A stretch of 64,000 nt of DNA from an uncultured Candidatus Saccharibacteria bacterium. Its GTDB lineage: Bacteria > Patescibacteriota > Minisyncoccia > Phycocordibacterales > XYD1-FULL-46-19. The notes under the pieces are model-generated. The model ran no database searches and was not told where the DNA came from. It worked only from the letters and a program-made list of their open reading frames with translations. The translations under genes and the position numbers were made by a program. Positions within the stretch are counted from its first letter, which is position 1, and the number at the start of each line of letters is the position of its first letter. Positions 25,633-35,522 of the stretch are shown here, piece after piece. The stretch is from positions 164,944-228,943 of the forward strand of contig CAZEAY010000001.1 of the NCBI GenBank assembly GCA_964510655.1, given 5' to 3'.

Positions 25633-27468
25633 ATGCAATCACACGAGATCAGAGAACGATTTTTAAAATTTTTTGAAAAAAGGGGACATGCCATAATTCC
25701 TTCAGCTTCTTTGGTGCCAGAAAATGATCCCTCCACCCTTTTTAATACCGCTGGGATGCAACCCCTCGTTCCTTATCTTTTAGGTACGCCACATCCGAAG
25801 GGTGTTCGTTTGGTAGACTGTCAAAAATGTGTCCGGACAGGTGATATTGACGATGTTGGTGATAATCGTCACCTTACTTTTTTTGAAATGTTGGGCAATT
25901 GGAGTCTGGGAGACTATTTTAAACAAGAAGCAATTAATTGGAGCTTGGAATTTTTAACTAATAAAGAAGAAGGCTTAGGACTTGATATAAACCGTTTTTA
26001 TGTAACTGTTTTTAAGGGCCTGCCTGCGCAGGCAGGTGAGAATGGTATACCGCGTGATGAAGAAGCCATTACTGTTTGGAAAGAAGCTTTTGCTAAATTT
26101 AATATTACAGCCGAAGTCGCTGGAGAAGATGAACAGGTTGGTGGAAATATTAGAATTATTCCATTAGGTGTTGATGATAACTTCTGGATTGCTGGTGCCA
26201 CTGGCCCCTGCGGTGGAGACACCGAAATGTTTTATGACACTCGCCCAGAAGAGGGTCCACTAGCTGGCAAATTTGGTGATTTGGTAGATTCCTACCGACT
26301 GATTGAGGTTTGGAATGATGTTTTTATGGAGTTCAATAAAACCGCCGATGGTAAATATGAACCCTTAGCCAAAAAGAATGTTGATACTGGTATGGGTTTG
26401 GAACGCACAACCGCCGTGGTCAATGGCCATGCCACTGTTTTCGATACCGACCTCTTTACCCCTGTTTTGTCAAAAATATCAGAACTAGCAAAAAACGATG
26501 ACGATCGAGCCGGGAGAATTGTCGCTGACCATCTCCGCACTGCTATTTTTATGATCGCCGACGGAGTAATCCCATCGAACACTGATCGTGGTTATGTTTT
26601 GCGTCGTCTGCTCAGACGAGCCATTCGCTATTCCGATGTTTTAGGTATGCCTGCAGGCTCTTTGATTACTCTACTTGATATTATCATCACCAAATACACT
26701 GATGTTTACGATAATTTGTTGTCACAAAAAGAAAACATTAAAGAAGAAATCTCTAAGGAGGAAAGTAAATTTAGACAAACTCTCGATAAAGGTTTGAAAG
26801 AAATTTCAAAACTTCTAGACAAACAAGAAAAAATTTCCGGTCTCGATGCTTTTAATCTCTATCAAAGTTATGGTTTCCCCATTGAAGTAACAAAAGAAAT
26901 CGCTCGGGAGAAAAATCTCACTGTCGATGAAACAGAATTCAATGACCAGATGAAAAAACATCAAGAGTTGTCTAAATCAGGTTCTGAAGAAAGATTTAAA
27001 GGTGGTTTAGGTGGCTCCAGTCAGCAAATTGTGAAGTATCATACCGCTACCCACTTGCTCCAGCAGGCCCTAGTTGACGTCCTGGGCCCCGAAATTGCCC
27101 AAAAGGGTAGTAATATTACTGATGAACGCCTCCGCTTCGATTTTGCTTGGCCAGCTAAAATGACCGATGAAGAAAAAGCTCAAGTGGAAAAGATTGTGAA
27201 TGAAAAAATTGAGGCCAGTTTACCAGTGAATAAAGTTATCCTTCCCAAAGACGAAGCCGAGAAAACCGGAGCTCGACATTTGTTCAATGAAAAATATGGC
27301 GATGAGGTCAGTATTTATTTTATCGGTGATTCTTTAGATACTGCTTACTCTAAAGAATTTTGTGGTGGACCCCACGTAACCAACACCAACACTCTTGGTC
27401 ATTTTAAAATTGCCAAAGAGGAAGCGGTGGCGGCGGGAGTCAGAAGAATTAAGGCGATATTGGAATAA
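25633..27468 (+). CDS. alaS: Alanine--tRNA ligase, short form without C-Ala domain
   Basis: LFNTAGMQP, HLTFFEMLGNWS.GDYFK, DTGMGLER, HTATHLL, EFCGGPHV, GVRRI at the C-terminus. Confidence 0.96.
   Translation: MQSHEIRERFLKFFEKRGHAIIPSASLVPENDPSTLFNTAGMQPLVPYLLGTPHPKGVRLVDCQKCVRTGDIDDVGDNRHLTFFEMLGNWSLGDYFKQEAINWSLEFLTNKEEGLGLDINRFYVTVFKGLPAQAGENGIPRDEEAITVWKEAFAKFNITAEVAGEDEQVGGNIRIIPLGVDDNFWIAGATGPCGGDTEMFYDTRPEEGPLAGKFGDLVDSYRLIEVWNDVFMEFNKTADGKYEPLAKKNVDTGMGLERTTAVVNGHATVFDTDLFTPVLSKISELAKNDDDRAGRIVADHLRTAIFMIADGVIPSNTDRGYVLRRLLRRAIRYSDVLGMPAGSLITLLDIIITKYTDVYDNLLSQKENIKEEISKEESKFRQTLDKGLKEISKLLDKQEKISGLDAFNLYQSYGFPIEVTKEIAREKNLTVDETEFNDQMKKHQELSKSGSEERFKGGLGGSSQQIVKYHTATHLLQQALVDVLGPEIAQKGSNITDERLRFDFAWPAKMTDEEKAQVEKIVNEKIEASLPVNKVILPKDEAEKTGARHLFNEKYGDEVSIYFIGDSLDTAYSKEFCGGPHVTNTNTLGHFKIAKEEAVAAGVRRIKAILE
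26019..26036. repeat. 18-bp perfect palindrome in-frame within alaS
   Basis: CCTGCCTGCGCAGGCAGG, encoding LPAQAG. Confidence 0.85.
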
Positions 27469-27472
27469 AATT

Positions 27473-28075
27473 ATGAAAAAACAAATTGTTGTCATTCATG
27501 GCGGAACAACCTTCGACACATATGAGGAATACTTAGATTATTTAAATTCATGCAAGATAACCCTAGAAAGAATTAACTATAAAGACTGGAAGGATTTCTT
27601 AGTATCAAATTTACCTGATTTTGAAGTGATCTATCCTAAAATGCCAAATTCTAAAAATGCCCATTATTTAGAGTGGAAAATTTGGTTTGAAAAGTTGCTT
27701 CCACTGCTACGGGACGATGTCACCCTGATCGGTCATTCTCTGGGAGGTATTTTCTTGGCTAAATATCTAACAGAAAATAACTTTCCAATTAGAATCGCTT
27801 CAATTCATTTAGTTGCTGCTCCTTATGATACCGAGTTCTGCAAAGAATCCTTGGGAGATTTTGCCCTCTCTGGAAAAGTGGGTAAATTATCTATATACAC
27901 AGATAGTCTATTTCTCTATCAAAGTAAAGATGATCCTGAGGTTCCCTATGGTGATGTTGAAAATTATAAAAAAGATATTCCAGATGCTATCCTGACTACT
28001 TTTGAAGATCGAGGGCATTTTATTCAAAAAGACTTTCCTGAATTATTGGAAAATATTAAAAAATCTTCTGAATAA
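27473..28075 (+). CDS. RBBP9/YdeN-like alpha/beta hydrolase
   Basis: VVIHGG, GHSLGG, SKDDP.VP, GHF. Confidence 0.85.
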   Translation: MKKQIVVIHGGTTFDTYEEYLDYLNSCKITLERINYKDWKDFLVSNLPDFEVIYPKMPNSKNAHYLEWKIWFEKLLPLLRDDVTLIGHSLGGIFLAKYLTENNFPIRIASIHLVAAPYDTEFCKESLGDFALSGKVGKLSIYTDSLFLYQSKDDPEVPYGDVENYKKDIPDAILTTFEDRGHFIQKDFPELLENIKKSSE

Positions 28076-28076
28076 A

Positions 28077-28478
28077 ATGATTTTTTCAAGTTTACTAAAA
28101 GAATTAGATAAATTAAATTTACCTAAGGATAAATACGCCGTTACTTCGTCAGGACCACTGGCTATTCGTGGTATTCGCGAAGCCAAGGATATTGATTTGG
28201 TGGTTACTGAAGATTTGTGGAAAAAATTAAGTGAAGAATATCCAGTAAATGAAAAACCGATTTGTGACACAATAAATCTTGGCAACATTGAGGTCCTGGG
28301 TAATTTTCGCGGAGAGAATATTTTTTCAGCCAACGAACAGATTATTAAAGCTGATATTATAGATGGTCACAGGTTTGTAAATTTAGATATGATTATTTCT
28401 TTTAAAAAAGCCCTCGGACGAGAGAAGGATTTGGTTGATCTAAAATTGATTCAAGATTATCTATTGACTAATAATTAA
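28077..28478 (+). CDS. Hypothetical protein, nucleotidyltransferase-like
   Basis: SG.LA..GIR.A.DIDL.V and K...GR.KD..D. Confidence 0.7.
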   Translation: MIFSSLLKELDKLNLPKDKYAVTSSGPLAIRGIREAKDIDLVVTEDLWKKLSEEYPVNEKPICDTINLGNIEVLGNFRGENIFSANEQIIKADIIDGHRFVNLDMIISFKKALGREKDLVDLKLIQDYLLTNN

Positions 28479-28591
28479 AGCAATATTGGGACAAAAAACA
28501 CTCTTAATAAATAACTTGAAAATTTAAATTGTTAGCGATAAGGTATAATTAGCATAGACAGTTCATCAAATAGAAAGTGGGGTGTCGCCAA

Positions 28592-28933
28592 ATGATTTTT
28601 ATGACGTCTGGTCAGGAAGAAGACAGAGGAGCTCTTGCCGAGTCTGAAGAAGGGAAAGAGGATATCCCAGCGGAGTTATGGGGTGGGATAGGACCGATAG
28701 AGATAGTCGTATTCTATAATGGAAAGAAGTTTGTCCAAAAAACGACAATTGCCGAGATGGCAATGTACGAAGCCTTAAAGCGTCTCGCCCCAGATTGGTG
28801 TCCTTACCCACACAGGGTTGACATGAGGACCCGTCAGGTGATGGCCTGGTTGATCACCGACACTGAACTTCGAGTAAGTCTGGGTGGACCAGACTTTGTG
28901 GATGCCTACACTCGCGACTTTCTCTACCTCTAG
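28592..28933 (+). CDS. Hypothetical protein (solo unit I)
   Basis: TATAAT 28544; GGGGTG 7 nt before ATG; GC-richer; hairpin GCCCATC.CTC..GAG.GATGGGC at 28957-28983. Confidence 0.6.
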   Translation: MIFMTSGQEEDRGALAESEEGKEDIPAELWGGIGPIEIVVFYNGKKFVQKTTIAEMAMYEALKRLAPDWCPYPHRVDMRTRQVMAWLITDTELRVSLGGPDFVDAYTRDFLYL

Positions 28934-29070
28934 CCCAGTTTTCTTGGTTGGAAATTGCCCATCACTCATCTAGAGCGATGGGCTTTCTTTTTTAAAAAAT
29001 ATTAACTTAAAGTTATTCCCACTTTTTATTTACACCACAAACTTGTCTCGTGGTATAATCAGAAGTAATT

Positions 29071-30243
29071 ATGTCCTTCTGGAACCTTTTTGGAATTAAA
29101 AGAAATTCTGTGTTGGCTATTATTGATATTGGTAGCTCTCAAGTCAGCGGAGCGCTTGTGTTGGTTTCAAAAAATAGATCTGGACATAAAAATCATCAAA
29201 TTGTTTTTAATACAAAAGTAGAAATTAGTGTCGATGGTGAATTAGATTTCGACCGCTTTGACTTTGAGATCATCAAGGCTATTAAAATGGTCACCCACAA
29301 ACTGGTCCGAAGTGGCTTTACTCAACCGGAAAAATTTGTGTGTTTTCTTGCTTCCACCTTCCTTGTTTCCCAAACAAAGGTGATAAATTTTTCTCAAGAC
29401 AAGCAATTTGTTTTTACCCAAAAAATCCTTGAGGGTATTACCAAGCGTGAGGCAGAAGACTTTCGTGCTCGAAACGAAAAAGGTGATCAATTTCAGATTA
29501 TTGAAAACAAGGTAATGCAAATCAAGTTGGACGGTTATGAGGTGGCTAAGCCTTTTGATAAAAAAATAACAAAACTTAGCTTGGCGCAATTTTTAAGTGG
29601 TAGCCCAGTTAGCCAATTAAACAAAATAAGAAGTGCTATCGGTAGTCAGAGTCACAGTGAAAAAATAAGTTTTCATTCTTATAATTTTGCCGCTTTTTCC
29701 ACTCTAAGAGACCTTTTGGCGGGTAAGAAAAATTTTATTGCTGTTGATATTGGGGGAGAATTAACCGATGTTTCTCTATGTATGGACGGTGTTTTGCTAG
29801 AAAACTTGTCCTTTCCTTATGGCCTAAATGCTATTATTAGAGATACGGCTCGTTCCCAACAGACCTTTCGAGCTGAAGCTAAATCCCAACTAGCTTTATA
29901 TTCCGAAGGAAGACTGCAGTCACGAGCGAAAAATATTTTTGAGCAATCTTTAGCTGTTTCTCGGCAAAAATGGACAAGTTTAATGGCTGAGGCTTTATCT
30001 TTAATGATGGAAACTTCTGTGATTCCTGACCAAATTATTTTGACGGGCGACACTATTGCTAATCAAGTATTTGTAAATTGGTTAAAGGAGGGGGATTTCA
30101 AAAAATATATGTTGTCCAATAATCCATTTAAGGTATCATATATAGATCATTCCCGTTTATCTGATTTAGCGACCAGATCGAAGACGATAAAAGATACCTA
30201 TTTGGTTTTTGAATCAATGTTTTTAGAAAAAATTAATAATTAA
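29071..30243 (+). CDS. FtsA/PilM-like actin-fold protein
   Basis: IIDIGSS.V, VDIGGELTDV, I.LTG. Confidence 0.7.
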   Translation: MSFWNLFGIKRNSVLAIIDIGSSQVSGALVLVSKNRSGHKNHQIVFNTKVEISVDGELDFDRFDFEIIKAIKMVTHKLVRSGFTQPEKFVCFLASTFLVSQTKVINFSQDKQFVFTQKILEGITKREAEDFRARNEKGDQFQIIENKVMQIKLDGYEVAKPFDKKITKLSLAQFLSGSPVSQLNKIRSAIGSQSHSEKISFHSYNFAAFSTLRDLLAGKKNFIAVDIGGELTDVSLCMDGVLLENLSFPYGLNAIIRDTARSQQTFRAEAKSQLALYSEGRLQSRAKNIFEQSLAVSRQKWTSLMAEALSLMMETSVIPDQIILTGDTIANQVFVNWLKEGDFKKYMLSNNPFKVSYIDHSRLSDLATRSKTIKDTYLVFESMFLEKINN

Positions 30244-30266
30244 ATTTTTAAAACAATTACAAAAAT

Positions 30267-31589
30267 ATGGATGAAGTTCGTAAAAAAAGTCTAAGTGAAG
30301 TTCTCCCTAAAAAGGGGCTAGACCTTGCCGGACAAAAATCTAATCCTACCCGACGGCAAAAAATAGACTTAGGTGACGAACCGCTATCATCTGAGTCAAC
30401 AACAAAAAGGGGTGCCACCAAAAAATATTACGAAACTACTCGAGTTAAAACACCAAGACTGTCTTTTTTTGTTTGGTTTTGTATTGCCTTAATTTTGATT
30501 GTTGGTGGATATTTTTTATCTACCGTTTTCGCTTCAGTCACCGTTAAAATAACCCCTCGTCACCTAACATCCAATGTTGCTGGAACATACACTGCCAGCC
30601 GGGCTCCGGCTGAGGGAATCGAATTTTCCGTAATTAAATTAGAAGAAACTGCCACCAAGTCTGTTCCCGCTTCTGGGCAATCAAAAGTTGAAACAAAAGC
30701 TGTTGGCACAGTGGTGATCACTAATAATTTCAGCACAGCCTCACAAAAATTGGTTGCCGGAACAAGATTAGAAACGAAAAATGGTTTAATTTTTAAATTA
30801 GATAATACCGTAACAGTTCCCGGACAAACTAAAAAAGGAACAACAGTCACTCCTGGAGCGATTTTGGCTAAAGTGACCGCCTCGGAGGCTGGAGAAGATT
30901 ACAATGTTGGCCAAGCCAGCTTAAAAATTGTCGGTTTTAAAGGTACTCCTCGTTATGATAAGTTTACCGTTCAAACAAGAACAAATCTTGAGGGGGGTAA
31001 GCAGGGTGTAATCAGTGTTGTAAAACCCGAAGATCGTGCCAAGGCTTTGGCGGGCTTAGAGGCAGAATTAAAAGATAAGGTAGCAAAAAAAGCTCGTCTC
31101 CAAATTCCAAAAGATTTTATTATTTGGAACGATGGGGTAATAACCTCTCTTACTGATGAAATAAAAAATGATAGTGCTAGTTCTTCTAACGTCATCTTAT
31201 CGGCAAAAGTAACCATGATTGCGATTTTGTTTAACGTCAAAAATGTTAGCGAGTATTTTGCCGAAAAAGAGCTTAAGGATGAGTCGGTAACCGGAATCAG
31301 AATCTTCAACATTGAATCCTTAAAATTTACTCTAAAAGATAAAGATAAATTTGATTTTGAAAAAACCGATAAGATTAATTTCACTCTCGATGGCGAGGCT
31401 AATCTAGTCTGGCCAGTGGATAGTGCTAGCCTTAAATCCAAACTATTAAACACCTCAATCAAAGAAAAAGATAAGGTTTTTGCTAGTTTTCCGTCGGTCT
31501 ATCGGGCCGAAGCCGTAGTCCGTCCACCCTGGGTCTTGTCCTTTCCTAACAATCAAGATAAAATTAATATTAAGCTAATCATTGAATAA
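30267..31589 (+). CDS. Membrane-anchored beta-rich protein (baseplate-J-like segment)
   Basis: One TM then A.G.V...N...Q.LV.GTR.....G..F....V.VP...V.A...G..YN. Confidence 0.7.
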   Translation: MDEVRKKSLSEVLPKKGLDLAGQKSNPTRRQKIDLGDEPLSSESTTKRGATKKYYETTRVKTPRLSFFVWFCIALILIVGGYFLSTVFASVTVKITPRHLTSNVAGTYTASRAPAEGIEFSVIKLEETATKSVPASGQSKVETKAVGTVVITNNFSTASQKLVAGTRLETKNGLIFKLDNTVTVPGQTKKGTTVTPGAILAKVTASEAGEDYNVGQASLKIVGFKGTPRYDKFTVQTRTNLEGGKQGVISVVKPEDRAKALAGLEAELKDKVAKKARLQIPKDFIIWNDGVITSLTDEIKNDSASSSNVILSAKVTMIAILFNVKNVSEYFAEKELKDESVTGIRIFNIESLKFTLKDKDKFDFEKTDKINFTLDGEANLVWPVDSASLKSKLLNTSIKEKDKVFASFPSVYRAEAVVRPPWVLSFPNNQDKINIKLIIE

Positions 31590-31718
31590 AGATTGGAGAG
31601 CCTAAAAACCCTAAGATTTTCATAGTTTTACCTATTGAGGTCCATATTTTTAAAGTGGACTATTGTTGGGGTTGACTCTCTTAGAGTATTTTGTTAATAT
31701 GTTTCAGGTAAATAAGTA

Positions 31719-31958
31719 ATGGAAAAAACCGGTCAAAATCAAGGGTCTTCAACAAAAGAAGGCGAGATCGCTGTTGGAACAATAACAGAGGCTTTGCCTA
31801 ATACTTTGTTTAGAGTTGCCCTTACTGATGAGAAGGAAATCTTGGCTTATTTATCTGGAAAAATGCGTTTACACAGGATTCGCGTCCTGATTGGAGACAA
31901 GGTTGAGATGGTCCTCGATCCTTACGGAGGAAGAGGGCGAATCACTCGCCGATTATAA
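31719..31958 (+). CDS. infA: Translation initiation factor IF-1
   Basis: G.I.EALPN..FRV, SGKMR..RIR.L.GD.V, GRIT.R. Confidence 0.96.
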   Translation: MEKTGQNQGSSTKEGEIAVGTITEALPNTLFRVALTDEKEILAYLSGKMRLHRIRVLIGDKVEMVLDPYGGRGRITRRL

Positions 31959-32016
31959 TAATAAGCTTAAGTACAACAGTCATTAAATAGAGTGACGTTG
32001 GAATTTTTTTTAACTA

Positions 32017-32133
32017 ATGAAAATCCGTTCAACAATAGAAAAGCGATGTACCCAATGCAAAATGGTCAAACGTCGGGGACATCTCTATATTATTTGTAAA
32101 AATAAGCCTCGTCACAAACAAAAACAGGCTTAG
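32017..32133 (+). CDS. rpmJ: 50S ribosomal protein L36 (below the ORF-track cutoff)
   Basis: Translates MKIRSTIEKRCTQCKMVKRRGHLYIICKNKPRHKQKQA; lies between infA and rpsM. Confidence 0.95.
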   Translation: MKIRSTIEKRCTQCKMVKRRGHLYIICKNKPRHKQKQA

Positions 32134-32174
32134 TTTTTAATTAACTTTTAATTTTTAACCCTTAATTTAATAAA

Positions 32175-32552
32175 ATGCGCATCTCTGGTATCACTCTTCC
32201 AAATAAAAGAATCGAATATGCCCTAACGGCAGTTTACGGCATTGGGATTGCTCGTTCCAAAAAAATAGTAGCTGATGCCGGAATTCCTTTGGGTAAAAAA
32301 CCAGATGAGTTGTCTACCGACGAAGAAAACAGTATTCGTCGCGTCGTAGAGCAATTTAAGATTGAGGGAGATTTAAAGCGCGAGGTTAGTGCTAACATTA
32401 AGCGCCTAAAAGACATTGGATCTTATCGTGGCTCACGTCACGCCAAAGGATTGCCTAGTCGAGGACAACGAACCAAGACTAATTCCCGAACTCGCCGTGG
32501 TAATACCCGCAAGACTATGGGTTCTGGTCGCAAGAAAGTAGAGAAGAAGTAA
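32175..32552 (+). CDS. rpsM: 30S ribosomal protein S13
   Basis: RISG..LP, YGIG, EGDL.R, YRG.RH..GLP.RGQRTKTN. Confidence 0.98.
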   Translation: MRISGITLPNKRIEYALTAVYGIGIARSKKIVADAGIPLGKKPDELSTDEENSIRRVVEQFKIEGDLKREVSANIKRLKDIGSYRGSRHAKGLPSRGQRTKTNSRTRRGNTRKTMGSGRKKVEKK

Positions 32553-32575
32553 TCCTAATTCATATATAAATCAAC

Positions 32576-33004
32576 ATGGGAAAGAAACGAATAATCAAAG
32601 CAGGTACAGGAGACACTGGTTCACAAGCCAAGACTGCTTCACGTGGAGCCAAACGCCGAATCGAACACGGCACCTTGTATATTAACTCCAGTTACAACAA
32701 CACCACCATGCTTTTGACCGATGAAAAGGGTAATGCTGCCATGTGGTCTTCTTCTGGTTCTCTTGGTTTCAAGGGGGCAAAGAAGGGTACTCCTTTTGCG
32801 GCTGGTAAAGTAGCTGAACAATTAGCCGACAAAGCAATTGCCGCTGGATTGAAGGAGATTGATATTGTCGTTAAAGGTGTTGGTTCTGGTCGGGAATCTT
32901 CCATCCGTTCGTTTATTTCCAAAGGAGTGGCTATCGCGACTATTAAAGACGAAACCCCAGTTCCATTCAACGGACCAAAACCAAAGAAACCACGACGCGT
33001 TTAA
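32576..33004 (+). CDS. rpsK: 30S ribosomal protein S11
   Basis: SSYNNT, GFKG.KKGTPFAA, KG.GSGRE, P.P.NG..P.K.RRV. Confidence 0.98.
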   Translation: MGKKRIIKAGTGDTGSQAKTASRGAKRRIEHGTLYINSSYNNTTMLLTDEKGNAAMWSSSGSLGFKGAKKGTPFAAGKVAEQLADKAIAAGLKEIDIVVKGVGSGRESSIRSFISKGVAIATIKDETPVPFNGPKPKKPRRV

Positions 33005-33027
33005 AAATAATTTTCAATTAAAAAAAT

Positions 33028-33642
33028 ATGAGAGTTGGACCAAAATACAAAATCGCCCGCCGATTAGGAGACCGAATTTTCCCCAAGACACAGGGGACTA
33101 AGTTTACTGTGTCTGGTACAGAAAAAAAGAGTCACAGCAAAAAAGGCAAGCGAACAATGAGTGAGTACGGTCTCCAGCTTATTGAAAAACAAAAAGCCAA
33201 ATATACCTACGGTACTTCCGAAAAGCAGTTTTCCAACTATGTAAAAAAGACTCGCACCATGAAAAATGATTTACCGGCTGCTAATCTTTACCGCGCCCTA
33301 GAATCTCGTTTGGATAACGTGGTCTTCCGTATGGGGTTGGTAAATTCCCGCGCTTTTGCTCGCCAAGCAGTTTCCCACGGTCACATCACTATCAAAGGAC
33401 GTAAGGTAACTATTCCTTCTTGTGAAATCCATGTTGGAGATGTTATTGGAATCCGCCCAGGGAGTAAGGATAATGGAATTTTTCGTGATTTAGCTGAAAA
33501 GATGAAAAACCACACCGCCCCAAATTGGCTGTTGGTAGATCCTCTTAAGTACGAAGCGACTGTTCAAGGCTTACCATCATACAAAGATAAAGAGCCAAAC
33601 TTGAATTTCGAAGCAATCTTGGAATTCTATAGTCGCGTATAA
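33028..33642 (+). CDS. rpsD: 30S ribosomal protein S4
   Basis: SEYG.QL.EKQK, LESRLDNVVFR.G, ARQ.VSHGH, EFYSR. Confidence 0.98.
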   Translation: MRVGPKYKIARRLGDRIFPKTQGTKFTVSGTEKKSHSKKGKRTMSEYGLQLIEKQKAKYTYGTSEKQFSNYVKKTRTMKNDLPAANLYRALESRLDNVVFRMGLVNSRAFARQAVSHGHITIKGRKVTIPSCEIHVGDVIGIRPGSKDNGIFRDLAEKMKNHTAPNWLLVDPLKYEATVQGLPSYKDKEPNLNFEAILEFYSRV

Positions 33643-33709
33643 AATTACAAATAAAAAGTCGCAGATATTTATTTAAATTTATTATTAGCTTTAGCTTCAC
33701 CATTGCAAC

Positions 33710-34681
33710 ATGCCAGATTTTAATATCATTTTGCCTTCAAAACCGGTGGTAATAACAGAAAGTGAAACTTCCGGTGTTTATGAAATTGAAGGTTTGTATC
33801 CTGGCTATGGCCATACTTTAGGCAATTCATTACGAAGAATTATTCTTTCGTCTTTGCCTGGTTTCGCCATTACCTCTGTCAAAATCGACGGAGTAAACCA
33901 CGAATTCTCCACCATCGACGGAGTAAAGGAAGATGTCATTACAATGATCCTAAACTTGAAGAAAGTACGTTTTCAAGTTACAGGTGATGAACCACAAACG
34001 GTAAATCTAACCATTAAAGACGCCAAAGAAGTTTTGGCTGGCGACATTAAAACCTCTGGAGGAGTAGAGGTTGCCAACAAAGATTTGTATCTCTGCACTG
34101 TTACCGGAAAAACAAACCTAAACATTGAGATGACTCTAGAAAAAGGTTTGGGCTATGTACCAAAAGAAGTCTTAAGTAAAGATAAAGTAGAAATTGGCAC
34201 CATTGTCATGGACGCTATTTTTACTCCAATTCGTCGCGTTAGTTACGAAGTAGAACACATGCGTGTTGGCAATCGTACCGATTACAACAAATTAAGAATT
34301 GCCATTGAAACCGATGGTTCCTTAACTGCTCGTGAGGCTCTTGAGAAGTCTATTGAAATCATGATTCATCAACTAAAAGCGATTATTGGTTTTAAAGAAG
34401 AAATCATTGAATCTGCTCAAATAGATGATAGTGAAGAGGCTTATGAAAGCGACGTTACTGCTGGAAATGATGCCAAACAAGAGGATATTCTTAAGACTCG
34501 TATCGAGGACCTAAACCTCTCGGTTCGAACCCAAAAAGCCCTTTCTGCTGCTTCCATCAGAACTATTGGTGGGTTGACTAAGAAGAAAGAAGATGATTTA
34601 CTATCTATCGCAGGCTTGGGTCAAAAGGGTGTCGAAGAAATCAAAAAAGCCTTAAGTAATTTTGGTATTAATCTTAAATAG
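33710..34681 (+). CDS. rpoA: RNA polymerase alpha subunit
   Basis: GYGHTLGNSLRRI.LSS.PG, HEFSTI.GVKED, alpha-CTD IEDL.LSVR. Confidence 0.98.
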   Translation: MPDFNIILPSKPVVITESETSGVYEIEGLYPGYGHTLGNSLRRIILSSLPGFAITSVKIDGVNHEFSTIDGVKEDVITMILNLKKVRFQVTGDEPQTVNLTIKDAKEVLAGDIKTSGGVEVANKDLYLCTVTGKTNLNIEMTLEKGLGYVPKEVLSKDKVEIGTIVMDAIFTPIRRVSYEVEHMRVGNRTDYNKLRIAIETDGSLTAREALEKSIEIMIHQLKAIIGFKEEIIESAQIDDSEEAYESDVTAGNDAKQEDILKTRIEDLNLSVRTQKALSAASIRTIGGLTKKKEDDLLSIAGLGQKGVEEIKKALSNFGINLK

Positions 34682-34684
34682 AGA

Positions 34685-34800
34685 TAAACATACAAATATA
34701 CGAATTTTACAAATCTACGAATGGCTACGAATGAATACATAGAGAAACGCATTTATTCGCAGCCATTCGTACCATTCGCATCATTTGTAGATTAGCATAT
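34685..34800. repeat. (T)ACGAAT-repeat inverted element, copy 1
   Basis: First 48 nt match 42107-42154 at 46/48; ATTCG-rich complementary arm downstream. Confidence 0.8.
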
Positions 34801-34808
34801 TAACTTTT

Positions 34809-35162
34809 ATGAAACACCATTCAAAAATCAGAAAATTAGGACGAACAAAAAGTGTCAGAAAAGCCCTGATCCGATCATTGGCCGAGGCTTTGATTTTGAG
34901 TGGTAAAATCAAAACAACCGAAGCTAAAGCCAAAGAATTACGACCTTTTATTGAAAAACTTATCACCAAAGGTAAAAAGGGTGATTTAGCCGCCCGCCGA
35001 GTCGCTATTTCTCGCTTAATTGGTGTGGAATTGGTCGCTAAATTGTTTAATGAGATTGCCCCTAAGTTTACTGATCGCAACGGCGGTTACACTCGTATTA
35101 TAAAATTACCGGCCCGCGGTGGAGACGGCAGTAAGATGGCGATTATTGAATTTGTTGCATAA
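34809..35162 (+). CDS. rplQ: 50S ribosomal protein L17
   Basis: RKLGR...RKAL, I.TT.AKAKELR, R.GGYTRI.K. Confidence 0.98.
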   Translation: MKHHSKIRKLGRTKSVRKALIRSLAEALILSGKIKTTEAKAKELRPFIEKLITKGKKGDLAARRVAISRLIGVELVAKLFNEIAPKFTDRNGGYTRIIKLPARGGDGSKMAIIEFVA

Positions 35163-35167
35163 AAATT

Positions 35168-35521
35168 ATGACTACCAGAGAATATACAATTGATGCAGAA
35201 GGAAGAACACTAGGTCGGGTTGCCTCCGAGGTAGCCACCTTACTTTGTGGCAAAGATTCTCCTGATTATGCTCGCAACTTAGTTAGTGATGTAAAAGTAT
35301 CGGTCACTAATATTTCTAAAATTAAAGTCATCAATAATAAATTAGAGTCTCGTTATCACAAGCACTACACTGGTAATCCTGGCGGTTTACGTGTCCAAAC
35401 CAACGCCCAAATTGTTGCTAAAAAGGGATACAGTGAATTATTGCGCTTGGCGGTACATGGAATGTTGCCAGACAACAAATTGAAACCACTTATGCTTAAG
35501 AATTTAATTATTTCAGAATAA
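35168..35521 (+). CDS. rplM: 50S ribosomal protein L13 (short)
   Basis: IDA....LGR.AS..A..L.GK, HYTG.PGGL, AV.GMLP.NKL. Confidence 0.95.
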   Translation: MTTREYTIDAEGRTLGRVASEVATLLCGKDSPDYARNLVSDVKVSVTNISKIKVINNKLESRYHKHYTGNPGGLRVQTNAQIVAKKGYSELLRLAVHGMLPDNKLKPLMLKNLIISE

Positions 35522-35522
35522 A

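Noticed and set aside
30267-31589. Prophage based on the baseplate-J-like segment
   Set aside because: Membrane-anchored, native composition, flanked by core genes and no other phage genes
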